A DNA stretch of 64,000 bases from Lingula anatina (Eukaryota > Animalia > Brachiopoda). The position numbers were made by a program, and so were the translations under genes. Below, in pieces: positions 52,562 to 64,000 of this stretch. The DNA is taken from positions 3,534,001 through 3,598,000 of the forward strand of contig CM120642.1 of the NCBI GenBank assembly GCA_051362555.1, in the 5' to 3' direction. Below the pieces are notes generated by a model. It did no database searches, was not told the DNA's origin, and was given only the letters and a program-made list of their open reading frames with translations. Each line of letters opens with the position of its first letter. The stretch's first letter is position 1.

Positions 52562-53092
52562 TGTTATAGTGAGAAAATGACGACAGCAGTTTGAAGCTTT
52601 CGAACGTTTATTCACCGACCCTCTCTTCATACAACTTCACAAATATTTATACTCAATTTCTCCGTACTGATCACGCATTTACTTGTTTTCTTTTCCATTG
52701 TCTTTGCGTGATTACAAAATATTTTCCATTCTCATGTTGCAAGTCACTATGCAACATTTCCTTATTAGGTAATCCCTAAGAGACTTGTTTTCAATTAAAG
52801 ATATCTAAAATATTATTTGGATTACTCATACTTGGATCTTATCCAAAACTCAGTTATCATGTGATAAATAGATGATCAAAATTAAAATATGTTATGAAAT
52901 TAACCAATCACATTAACTGTTACTGACTTTGACCTTTTCTATCTTTTTCTGACACTAAAAACATGTTCTACACTTGTTGACTCTTGGAGAAACTTAACTT
53001 ACACTCAATAACTCTCTGTCTTTTTACTCTTTTGATTCCGCTTTAATTGTTTTCTGTGATTAGCAAAAGTGTAAGTAATTTGCTTTACAACA
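52562..53092 (-). mobile_element. Solo LTR (531 bp)
   Basis: TGTT...AACA termini with 4-bp TSD ATAT. Removing it restores the unit sequence acgttaatattattgttactttc. A minus-strand AATAAA lies ~45 bp from the 3' end. Confidence 0.8.
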
Positions 53093-55070
53093 ATATTATT
53101 GTTACTTTCTTCTTTTTTTTCCTCACATTTTACAATGATTTGTAAAAAAAGTTTCTCCTAGACATACAGTGTATCTGTTAAATATCCCACAACTTTTTTC
53201 TTTTAAAAAATATATAGGTCTAATCTTGTAAAGGAAGGAAAAATAAATAAAGGAAAACAGGCAGAACACCCTTTGAAGGATTAGAGAGAGAAAGTGTGTG
53301 AGAAAGGGAGAGAAAGAGAAAGAGAGATGTGTTAAGAAGCAGGCGGGAGGGGGGGGGGGGCGTTGAATGCCTTTCAACTCCTGAGTTCGCTTTCTCTAAT
53401 GACTTCTCCACTCATGTGGTATCAGTTACATTTGGGAGAAAACGGCAGATCGGGACAGTGAATCTTCTGCTTTAATATTTTTGTCACTTTTTTCCACATT
53501 TTACAATGATTAGTTAAATAAAATTGTTCCCTAGACATACAGTGTATTTGTTAAAGGTCCCACAACTTTTTACTTTTCAAAAATATATGATCTTGTAGAG
53601 GAAGGAAAAAATAAGTAAAGGAAATAAAGCAGAAAATCTATTGAAGGATTGGAGAGAGAACGTGTGTGAGAAAGGAAGAGAAAGAGAGCTGTGTTAAGAA
53701 GCAGGAGGGGGGCGTTAAATGCCTTTCAACTCCTGCGTTCCCTTTCTCTAATGACTTCTCCACCTAGGTGGTATCAGTTACATTTGGGAGAAAACGGCAA
53801 ATCAGGACAGTAAATCTTTTACGTTAATATTATTGTCACTTTCTTTTTTTTTCTTCACATTTTACAATGATTTGTAAAAAAAGTGTCTCCTAGACATACA
53901 GTGTATCTGTTAAATGTCCCACAACTTTTTCTTTTAAAAATATATATAATCTTGTAGAGGAAGGAAAAAATGAGTAAAGGAAATAAAGCAGAAAACCTAT
54001 TGAAGGATCAGAGAGAGAAAGAGAAAGAAAGATGCGTGAAGAAGCAGGAGGGATGGGGCGTTGGATGCCTTTCAACTCCTGCGTTTGCTTTCTGTAATGA
54101 CTTCCCTACTCATGTGGTATCAGTTACATTTGGGAGAAAACGGCAAATCGGGACAGATTTTTTTTTTTACATATTTTACAATGATCTGTAACAAAAAATT
54201 GTCTCCTAGACATACAGTGTATCTGTTAAATGTCCCACATCTTTTATCTACCGATTTATAATGTAGAATCCTGTATAGAAATTTAAAAAAAAAATTAAGA
54301 AAAGGAATTAAAGCAGAAAACATATTGAAAGATCAGTGATAAAAAGTGTGTTTGTGTGTGTGTGTGTGTGTGAGAGAGAGATAGAGAGATGTGGGGATAA
54401 GCAGGAGGGGGGCTTAAATGCCTTTCAACTCCTGCGTTCGCTTTTTCTAATGACTTCTCCACTCATGTGGTATCAGTTACATTTGGGAGAAAACGGCAGA
54501 TCGGGACAGTGAATCTTCTGCTTTAAAATTTTTCTCCCTTTTTTGCCACATTTTACAATAATTTGTTTTAAAAAATTGTTTCCTAGACGCACAGTGTATT
54601 TGTTAAATGTCCCACAACTTTTTCTTTTAAAAAAATATATAATCTTGTAGAGGAAGGAAAAAATAAGTAAAGGAAATAAAGCAGAAAACCTATTGAAGGA
54701 TTAGAGAGAGAAAGAGAAAGAGAGATGTGTGAAGAAGCAGGAGGGATGGGGCGTTGGATGCCTTTCAACTCCTGCGTTTGCTTTCTGTAATGACTTCCCT
54801 ACTCGTGTGGTATCAGTTACATTTGGGAGAAAACGGCAAATCGGGACAGTAAATTTTTTACGTTAATATTATTGATACTTTCTTTTTTTCCATATTTTAC
54901 AATGATCTGTAACAAAAAATTGTCTCCTAGACATACAGTGTATCTGTTAAATGCCCCACATCTTTTATCTTCCGTTTTAAAATGTAGAATCCTGTATAGA
55001 AATTAAAAAAAAATAAGAAAAGGAATTAAAGCAGAAAACATATTGAAAGATCAGTGATAAAAAATGTGTT

Positions 55071-55105
<35 letters not shown>

Positions 55106-55833
55106 AAAAGAGAGAGAGAGAGAGATGTGGGGATAAGCAGGAGGGGGGCGTTGAATGCCTTTCAACTCCTGAGTTCGCTTTCTCTAATGACTTCTCCACT
55201 CATGTGGTATCAGTTACATTTGGGAGAAAACGGCAGATCGGGACAGTGAATCTTCTGCTTTCATATTTTTGTCTCTTTTTTTCCACATTTTACAATGATT
55301 TGTGAAAAAAAAGTGTCTCCTAGACATACAGTGTATCTGTTAAATGTCCCACAACTTTTTTCTTTTAAAAATATATAGGCCTTATCTTGAAGAGGAAGGA
55401 AAAATAAATAAAGGAAATAAAGCAGAAAACCTATTGAAGGATTAGAGAGAGAAAGTGTGTGAGAAAGGGAGAGAAAGAGAAAGCAAAAGAGAAAGAGAGC
55501 TGTGTTAAGAAGCAGGAGGGGGGGGGGGGTGAGCGTTGAATGCCTTTCAACTCCTGCGTTCGCTTTCTCTAATGACTTCACCACTCATGTGGTAGGGAGA
55601 AAACGGCAAATCAAAACAGTAAATCTTTTACGTTACTATTATTGATACTTTCTTTTTTCTATATTTTTACAATGATCTGTAACAAAAAAATGTCTCCTAG
55701 ACATACAGTGTATCTGTTAAATGTCCCACATCTTTTATTTCCCATTTTAAAATGTAGAATCTTGTATAGAAAAAAAAAAATAAAATAAGTAAAGGAACTA
55801 AAGCAGAAAACATATTGAAAGATCAGAGAGAAA

Positions 55834-55907
<74 letters not shown>

Positions 55908-56321
55908 TGGGGAAAAGCATTATTTTTATATTTAAAAAGAGTCTGAAAACACATATTTATAGATTTAAACCCTTGCAACAATTCAAGATAACATTTCTTT
56001 TTTTCCAAAATCGCTTTAATATATATCTTTATAATAACTATATAAGCCGATATAAACAAGGAGCAAAATATTTCCAAACTGTGTAGGTAAAAAAGAAAAA
56101 TGTAAATAGATTTAATCCATAATAATGCAATTGTTGACCCCGACGAAAGCGATCTTTCTTCATTTGCCCCCGAAAAGCACAATGTCCTCTATATTCTACT
56201 GTTACGTCATCTATTAACAACTGCCCTGATTTGCCTGTGTCCTGATTTGCCGTTTCTGACCTAGATTGCCGGTTTCTCCTAAAGCGAGGCAGCATCATAT
56301 GGTAGTGGGTAGACCCGTTAA

Positions 56322-57475
56322 TGGTGTGACTGAAATGCGCAATACACCGCAATACAGCGCAACACAGTGCAATACACTTCAAAAATCAAATCCAGTTGCA
56401 ATTACACTAAAGAAATGACCATTCCCAGCAAAGTAGGGTGATATAAAAACAACCTATATTACTAGGTAAGTAATATCGTTGATATATTCAGTACAGAGCC
56501 TTAAAGTTTGTGTATGATGATTTTGAGTCTAGTTATAGTACATTACTAGAGAAAGCAGGGTTATCTACTCTTGAGCTTTCTAGGAATAGAGCTGTAATAA
56601 TTGAAGTGTTTAAATCAGTAAATAAGCTCTCCCCACCTTTCATGTGGGATTTGTTCAGTGTTAAAGAAGTACCTTACAGCTTAAGGAACTCAAATCAGTT
56701 GCTTCAGAAGCACTGCAGGACAAAATGCTATGGATTAAATTCATTAGCCTACAGTGGTGCTAAACTATGGAATATGTTGCCAGTATCAATGAAAAATTGT
56801 AAAGATCTGGACACTTTTAAAGGTATGGTCCAAAACTGGACACCCCAGTCAAACTGGAAATGTGAATTGTGTGCAAATGTATAGCCTAAAAGGCATTCTG
56901 GTTTTAAATCTCAGGTAGCCTCTAAGGCAACATCTCACTTTTATACAATCAATAGTGTTAAACACTTAAATACTTTTAATATTTTCTCAGGTAAAACAAC
57001 TGCATATAAAAATAAATTATTTATTTATTTAAATTTTATATCACTATTATAGTACTTCACATTAATTTATTTCATTCTGTCGGTGATATTAGCCTGCTAT
57101 GGCTAGTGTTGTGCTTGTTGGAAAACTGACGTGAAATAAAATTATGTTATGTTATGTTATGTTATGTTATATAAATTAACAAATTAGCAAGACTTTTATG
57201 TTGTCCGGTTGGCAGCCATGTTGGCGAGTGGCTCTTCTTGGATATATTACTGGCCAAGAAGAGCTACTCGCCAACATGGCGGCTGACCAAAAAATGAAAA
57301 AATTGTCAAGTTGTATCAGCAATATTAATAAATATGTACTATATTTTGCTTTTATATCACCCTATTTTATTTGAGATTACTCTTTCCTGTGTTTACTTGC
57401 AACTGGACTTGTGTTATCAAGTGTATTGCGCTGTGTTCCGCTGTATTGCAGTGTATTGCGCATTTCAGTCCTACC
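56322..57475. mobile_element. Palindromic MITE interrupted by a LINE fragment
   Basis: gactgaaatgcgcaatacac...tagggtgatataaaa (56327-56448) mirrors ttttatatcacccta...gtgtattgcgcatttcagtc (57349-57470). Central hairpin gccatgttggcgagtggctcttcttgg / ccaagaagagctactcgccaacatggc at 57214-57280. Confidence 0.8.
56485..57170 (+). mobile_element. 5'-truncated CR1/L2-group LINE 3' end
   Basis: ORF2 C-terminus (IQYRALKFVYDD...SYSTLL..L.TL..R...EVFK....SP..MWDLF...Y.LR...YG.NS..YSGAKLWN.LP...F), followed by a 3' UTR, AATAAA and a (TTATG)n tail at 57140-57170. Confidence 0.85.
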
Positions 57476-57753
57476 CAGTTGGTAATGCACTCTGCAATTT
57501 TGAAATGATATAAAGTAAACAAGCTGCAATTATAGACCAAACAGTTAAGGCATATAGATCAAAATATAAAATTTTCTGTTGTGTAATTATTTTAGTTGCA
57601 GTTGTACTTAAATCACAAATTTTTATGTGAAATCAGTAAAGTTCGATGTCCATCCCTACAGCGCGCGTTACCCTTAACGAGGTCACAGAGTCGAGCTAGT
57701 TGTCACCACTCAAGTAAATTGCTCAACGTTATGTAAATGTAGATTCTGTGAAA

Positions 57754-60700
57754 ATGACAAGCAGCGATCAGGAGGCCCAGGAAAATGAACTGTTAGCTCT
57801 AGCCAGTATATATGACAGTGATGATATCTTTACAGCTTCCGAAACGGGAAGTGAACCCGGAGGCCAATTTATGGCTTGCTTGGATCTGCCACCTTCATTC
57901 TACGTCAAGTTTGGAATTTGGAAAAGTACAGTACACATTTATTTACACATTTATTTACACATTATTTAGCCTCAGTCTTGAAGCTGTAATAGTCGGTGGC
58001 TTTTCCTTGCCATGCATTTTCTGCATAAGTGAACCACTGAAAATCATAGCCAAACTTTTTCTGTATTACTATAATACAAGTACATGCGCCTTTATTCCAT
58101 TTTATTAAATTATACCTGTTTATCGTACGTGATTACAGGATGTTGTATTATTATATAGAGGCAGAATGCATTTCTATGTGACATTGCGCTCTAGTAGGTA
58201 GAACAGACTTATATCCTCAACGTGTGTGATTTTTACATATGATTTTGTCTTTGATTTTAGACAACCATGAAGAGCACCAGCTACAATTTCTTCCACCAAT
58301 TGTGCTTAACTTTCAACTGGTACCTGACTACCCTTCAAAGAACCCCCCAAATTTTACTCTGTCCTGCAAGTGGCTGTCAAAGGAACAGGTATGCAGCATT
58401 GCTAGATCTCCTGCACAAATTGTCAGGCTGGTCAGCTGATTTCATGGAACATGTATACATGATACTAATATCAGGGGTGGTTTGAGGCCGTCTTCTGGGT
58501 CTTTCGGGGAGATGGTCAGATTTTCAAGTTTACATTGACGGGTATATAACTTTTTTGTTGGAAGACGGTCAAAAATTTAAGATGGATCAACAAAGATAAT
58601 TTGGAAGGCATGTCAGAAAGTATCTTTGGATCTGCCCCTGAATATATTGAGCTTGAGTATAATTTTCTTTTATTATTTTTAATACTTTGATTGTGTATTG
58701 CCTGTTACTTTTTTTGCAGCTGACAAGACTGTGTAAAAAGCTGGATGAAATTTGGTTAGAGAATGAAAATCAGGAAATTCTGTTTTTGTGGATGAGTTTC
58801 CTGAAAGATGAGGCAATGGAATATCTTCATATCCAAAGTCCTCTGGACCTGTCAAACATCTTATCAAAGAAAGCAAGAAAGTCGTCTTCCATGAAAATGG
58901 AAAAAGGCAATTTTACACCATATGATAAAGGACAGGGTAAAAAAATCATGGACTCAAACTATGACTCAAGAGCTGTGCAAGACATTGCTTCACAAGAGCT
59001 CCTTTTACCAGCTTTGTTAGAGTACAACAAGGCAGAAAAAGAGGCTGCATTTAAAAGGACTTTGTATGCATGCAATGTTTGTTTCCTTGAAAAGCTTGGG
59101 ACATTGTGCATGCAATTTTTAGATTGCGACCATGTGTACTGCAAGGAATGCATGAAGGATTACTTCACAGTCCAAATCACTGATGGAAACGTCAAGGCAT
59201 TGACTTGCCCACATGACAAGTGTCAATCACAGGCACACCCTTCCCAGGTAAGGTTTTATTTGTATGAAGAAAAAAAAAAGAAAAACTAGAACATGATTTT
59301 TTTAAGCATGCTCTGCTGTCAATAGATACATTAATGTTAACACTATCCCTGCTGTTCGATGTCTTCAAATTATTAATTTTTTTAAACCAAAAAATGTTAA
59401 ATGATAAGGTATTTAGTACTGATGTTTTCTAAGATTTTTAGGCCTTATTTAAAAATTATCTAAATTATTTAAGTTCAGTTCAAGTACAATCTTTCATAAT
59501 TGATTTAAAAGTACTTTTTTTGTACAAAATACCATGGATAAAGAAATATATATTTGTATATTGTTGTTTGATTGGATTTAAAACTCCCAATGGATTATGA
59601 TAACTTGTATATATTTAGAAATCTATATTATGATGAACTAATGATGTTCTTGATTTAATGTCAAGGTAAAAGAATTAGTTGGAGCTGACCTGTATGCAAG
59701 ATACGATCGCCTGTTACTGCACACCACCCTGGAGACAATGGCAGACATTGCCTACTGTCCCCGCCCCATTTGTCAGACCCCTGTGTTACTGGAGAAGGAA
59801 ACAACATATGGATGCTGCTCTGAGTGCAGTTATGTGTTTTGTACTATCTGTAAGCTGACTTATCATGGGGTGTCCCCTTGCAGGATAAGACCAGGCAAGT
59901 TGATTACTTTTTTTTTTTTTTGCAATAATGTATTTTTGTTGCCTCATTTTAATAATAAGTCATTTGGCCAGTTTCTTTAGAAGTGATTTGGTTTGTATGT
60001 TGTCAGTGATCAACATTTGTTGTTTGTAACTTTAGATTTGATTTGTTATTACAGTAGTTTCAAACTTTGGTCTATCGTTCAGAATCTGTTGTACAAGATG
60101 AAGTTAGATTGTTCCAGACTTCTTTACACGCCTGCAGATTTTCATCTGATTTAATGGCAGTTACAACTATAAAGGCATGATTATTGATTTCAAACAAGAA
60201 GTCAGAACAAACAAAATTATAATTTAACAGATATTATTTTGTAAATTTTCAGATGAGTTCAATGAACTTTGTGAGCAGTATCGCAATGGGTCACCTGAAA
60301 AAAAGAAATTGTTGGAGCAGAAATATGGAGCTGCTAACTTGAAGAAAATATTGGATGAGAATGTCACCAGGAAATGGATTGAAGAAAACAGCAAGCAGTG
60401 CCCAAGTTGTGGATCTTCTATTGAGGTAACGTGCCTTTTTACACAGAATTTCTAGTTGCTTTAAAAACACTTTACCAGCCACCATTTCATCTGCTGACGG
60501 TCAGACTTCATCAGGAAAATGTGGTCTGTCATAGGTATCACCACTGTCAGCAGATAAAATATTGGCTGGTAAATTTCAGTTAATTTTTTCTATGGCTATT
60601 GAAATGAACCTGTTCTTGTTTATTAAAAACACAGCTAATGAAACTGTTCAACCCTTTTTAAAGATATTCACTACAATACCAAGTAATACATATGCGAACA

Positions 60701-60993
60701 ACTACATGGAGTCTTACTCAATAAAATTTGGTCAGCTGGAATAATTTTTTTAAACAAGTTTTTAAAATTTCGTTTAGAAAATTGATGGCTGCAACAAGAT
60801 GACTTGCACCAAATGTCACTCCTACTTCTGCTGGTTGTGTAAAGCCCCTCTGAGCCGCAGTAATCCATATGGACATTTCAACACACTCGGCTCAGGATGC
60901 TTCAGTAAACTTTTTGAGGGAGTGGAGACCAACCGGGACTTCTTCGAAGAGGCTGATTTCTTTGATGACGACGATGACTGGGAACCTTATTAA
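57754..60993 (+). CDS. RNF14: E3 ubiquitin-protein ligase RNF14 (RWD + RING1-IBR-RING2), ~481 aa
   Basis: Exons 57754-57925 (weak donor gtacag), 58261-58388, 58720-59247, 59666-59894 (GC donor), 60253-60425, 60778-60993 total 1446 nt in frame. Motifs: DQEAQENELLALASIY, LPP...YPS..PP (RWD), CNVCF...CDHVYCKEC, YCPRPICQ...FCTIC..YHGVSPC, KQCPSC..IEKIDGCNKMTCTKCHSYFCWLC. Confidence 0.93.
58472..58640. mobile_element. hAT-like MITE (family A, copy 2) in RNF14 intron 2
   Basis: CAGGGGTGG...CTGCCCCTG with 5-bp direct repeat AATAT on both sides; reverse complement of 2011-2179. Confidence 0.82.
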
Positions 60994-63900
60994 ATGTTGG
61001 AAAAAATACTGACGAAAAGTTATTATTAAGGTTTATGAGTGATGATTTATACGGACGGTTTAATTAATAGAGTGTATTGGTGTAAAAGTGGATTTTGTAT
61101 GACGGAGTGGGGCTGTTGCTGCCTGGAATTGCTGCTTCTTAAAACCATTTTTTTTCAGAAATTGGTGAAGCATGATGGCACACAGCATGATTTGTATTTG
61201 ATATATTATCAAACATTATGTTAATAGGGAGTCGATGTTTTGGACATAATTGCAGCAATGCAGTCAGGGTCTTCAAAGTTTAAGGGTATTTTCAACATAA
61301 GCCTCTGTCCTGGTCGATGCTTTTAATTGAAAAGACATGAGCTTTTCCCCCGAAATTGTGGAATTCCATATTTTAAATTCAGTTCATCATGCGCCCAGAC
61401 TCCCAGCCAGTAGGTATTGGTGCCATAATAATGTGTCAGATTTGTTCAAAAACCAAGACTCATGTCTAATAAAAGTTTAGAGGATATAATCACAATATGG
61501 TGTCTTCTACAGAAGCAGTTGTATACATGAAAATTGGATTGTTTTTTACATTTAAAAGGTTGTGGTATAAGGTGGTGTATTTTAAAAAGGTGCTTAAAAT
61601 TATCCAGTTATAATGCCAATGGATCCAGAGAAGTGGCCTCATTTTCTTGTGATAACTATCATATTGCTGTAATTTAACAGTTAGGGTTCTTTAAATTTTA
61701 ATTTCAGTTGTTATATTGGGGAAAATGAAGAGATCTAAGTTATACAGAAAATTCATTGTTCCAGATAAAACCATATTACAGTTAGTGTAATTTGTATGCG
61801 ATCTTGAAATTCAGTGATTTGATCTGATAGCATTTGATCTAGATAACATAATAATGTCTGTCACAAGCTTACTTAGGCTATGTTGCATACACTGATTAGC
61901 TTCTGTCCATTGTCAAGAGGATGTAAAAATGGCATATTTCTTTTTTCTCTAATTTTTATTTTTGTAGTTATGGGAAGTAGGTTAGTATGGTGCAGAAAGT
62001 CACTGTGCAATTTTGTTTACTCTAGAAATAACATTTGGCAAGTTGTTAATTGTGAGTGTTGGCATTTTTGTTGGTTCTAATTTGTTTAGATTATGTCAGC
62101 TTGATTGGTACTCTTTTCATATTTAATTGTTAAAATAAAAGTCACAAATGGAAAATAATTTTCAAATAGAAGACTAGTTCCGTGTTTGTGAAACCTCTAA
62201 GGTCAGTCCTATGGTACCCATTACTTTGCCCTTGCGTTGATCAAGTAATATCAAATTTTCAAAACCACTTGTTGAACCAATCTCCAGATTTATTAAGATG
62301 CACTTCCCAAGTACAAGAAATACATATTCATAATAGTTCATTTCATACACATTATCTGCAGTAACCCCACATACTTTCCTATTCCACAGAACATACCAGA
62401 AATATGATCTTGATCTTATTTACAAAATGTACAGTTTTATGTACAATGTTGTATCACATGTAAATTTCTCACACCAACACAGAAAATATGAAAACAAGCA
62501 ATCTAGAATGCTAAGATTTTAAGCATTGTAAAATGGAACTACATTTACCAAGTTTATCCTTGTCCAAATGTTTCCTTTTTTGCACAAAGTTATAAGAAGT
62601 TTGACTCCCTGCCCAGTAAGTGATCAGAATACTTCTTAATATATTTATAAATTGCATCCAATAAACCCATACCAATTGGGTCCATACCTGCATAATATAA
62701 CTTTTCCCCAAACTGGTCAAAACTTACAAGAAGCATTTCTTTCTTCCTAAGTTAATTAAAGTAAATGTCTTTCCAGCATATTACTTGAAAGAGTATATTC
62801 AGCATTTGTTCACATTTTGTATTCTGGAATATATGATCAAAACCATAACATTTATCATGTGTATTTAAACTACAAGCAGAATGTGAAATATGACACAAAA
62901 CCATTCCAGCTACGATGAAAACCATTATTACACTGTACTATTGCTGCCTTGGACAAATGTTTCTATGCAGATGAGTCCAGTTTAATCAGTGCACATACTG
63001 CATCATTCACCTAAGTATGAGGAAACAGGTACAATGCCTCATACAGATTAGTTGACACACACCAGATTCTTGTCTTCTGAGTTAAAAGCGACCCCCAGGT
63101 GCCCGTTTTCAGTGCATATGCTTAACGCGGTATAACATTATGCATATGAAGCAGTGACTTATCACCATTTAAAGATGCTTGAATTTATTTGGCTTGGACT
63201 TTTTTAATATGCAATACAAATTACTTGGTTACGTAAAAGGTTGATAACATCATCCCCTCATATCTGTCATGCATGTCTTCATTAGGTATTTTACACTGTA
63301 CACCAAGCTCTGGTAAAGTCCCAGTCCTAGTACGGGCTCCAAACCCTATAGTGATAAAAGTTGCAGAGATACCTGGTAAAATTCCACCCAAATGCTATTG
63401 AAAGGATGTAAAAGATTACCAGTCCCATCATAGGTGAGAGTAATACCTGCGCCTTCTTTAAAAATGGTAAAGCTGAAAAAAGTGAAGATGTCATTAGAGA
63501 TGTCCTTCAAATGTGTAACAAATATTAACCAATAATTAAGAGGTATAGTTATGTGCTAAATATCCAATGTTATTTTTCAGTCATCAATGACCAATGTTAA
63601 CATAGGGACTTACAATCACTACCCAAAGAATTCAAATGATTTTGCATCCACTATCATTCAGTTTCCCAACAAGGTGCCCTCTTTTCTGCTTGTAGCAATT
63701 GTACTGAAAATGACAGTGGCGAGTTCCCAATAGTTTGAAACTCAGGGTGATGACTGGTGAAGAATCAATCCATTGTGGACTTAATACCAGAGATATACGG
63801 GTCCTTTCAGTAAGTTGTCCTTTACACTAACGAAATTGAAAAAGAAAATTATTTCCTTGTGGTCCCTTCTATAATTTGTCTTTCACAAGGATAAAACACT

Positions 63901-64000
63901 TCAGAATCTCAGATAAATGCATATGCCCCTTTAAAGCAACCACTGTTGGGCATTAGTAATAGTACAACTCACCACTATATCCCAAAAATGTTATGTACAC

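Larger units (their letters stand above)
51846..55915 (-). repeat. Satellite array, right arm (~8 units of ~340-400 bp, opposite orientation)
   Basis: Core gtatcagttacatttgggagaaaacggca at ~52502, 53419, 53771, 54117, 54470, 54810, 55207 and (deleted form) 55590. Confidence 0.9.
47420..56288. mobile_element. ~8.9-kb non-coding TIR-bounded foldback-like element carrying inverted satellite arrays and nested TEs
   Basis: Left end CTCGCTTTAGGAGAAACCGGCAATCCAGGTCAGAAA...CGGCAAATCAGGACACAGGCAAATCAGGACAG..TAATAGATGGCGCAGCAGTAGAA matches the reverse complement of ~56190-56288. The TSD is ambiguous (gcaga / gcagc). Confidence 0.78.

Noticed and set aside
53123-55584. Repeated small ORFs (MKGIQRP..., MEKSLEKAN...)
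   Set aside because: These are translations of satellite monomers with frameshifting microsatellites.
49230-55915. Regularly spaced repeats resembling a CRISPR array
   Set aside because: Entire ~350-400-bp units are homologous with no unique spacers, there are no cas genes, and the context is eukaryotic.
58211-58222. TCCTCAAC resembling a U12 branch point in RNF14 intron 1
   Set aside because: There is no RTATCCTT U12 donor at the exon 1 boundary, and a phase-compatible GT donor exists at 57926.
62340-64000. Possible 3' UTR of a minus-strand gene beyond the window
   Set aside because: Base composition is suggestive, but no coding exon is visible to support it.

Overview
AT-rich, intron-containing animal genomic DNA; an invertebrate source such as a mollusc is my inference only. 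I reconstructed five protein-coding genes by hand from splice sites and checked exon phases. (1) The 3' part of an LMO7/Smallish-like PDZ+LIM scaffold gene (+, 1743-21282) with a 2.66-kb skippable exon. (2-3) Two tandem 7-exon PhyH-family 2OG-Fe(II) dioxygenase paralogs (+, 26742-29768 and 30880-34736). (4) An ankyrin-repeat/SOCS-box gene (-, 37443-45380). (5) RNF14, an RWD+RBR E3 ligase (+, 57754-60993) with a GC-AG intron. Non-coding DNA is dense with mobile elements: a degenerate Sola2-like transposon, several MITE families, a solo LTR and a CR1-like LINE fragment. The most unusual structure is a ~8.9-kb TIR-bounded element (47420-56288) filled with two oppositely oriented satellite arrays whose core motif matches the TIR. 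With a neighbouring MITE it appears to separate the head-to-head ASB and RNF14 promoters by ~10 kb. No tRNA, rRNA or CRISPR array was recognised. All family assignments come from motif recognition, not database searches.
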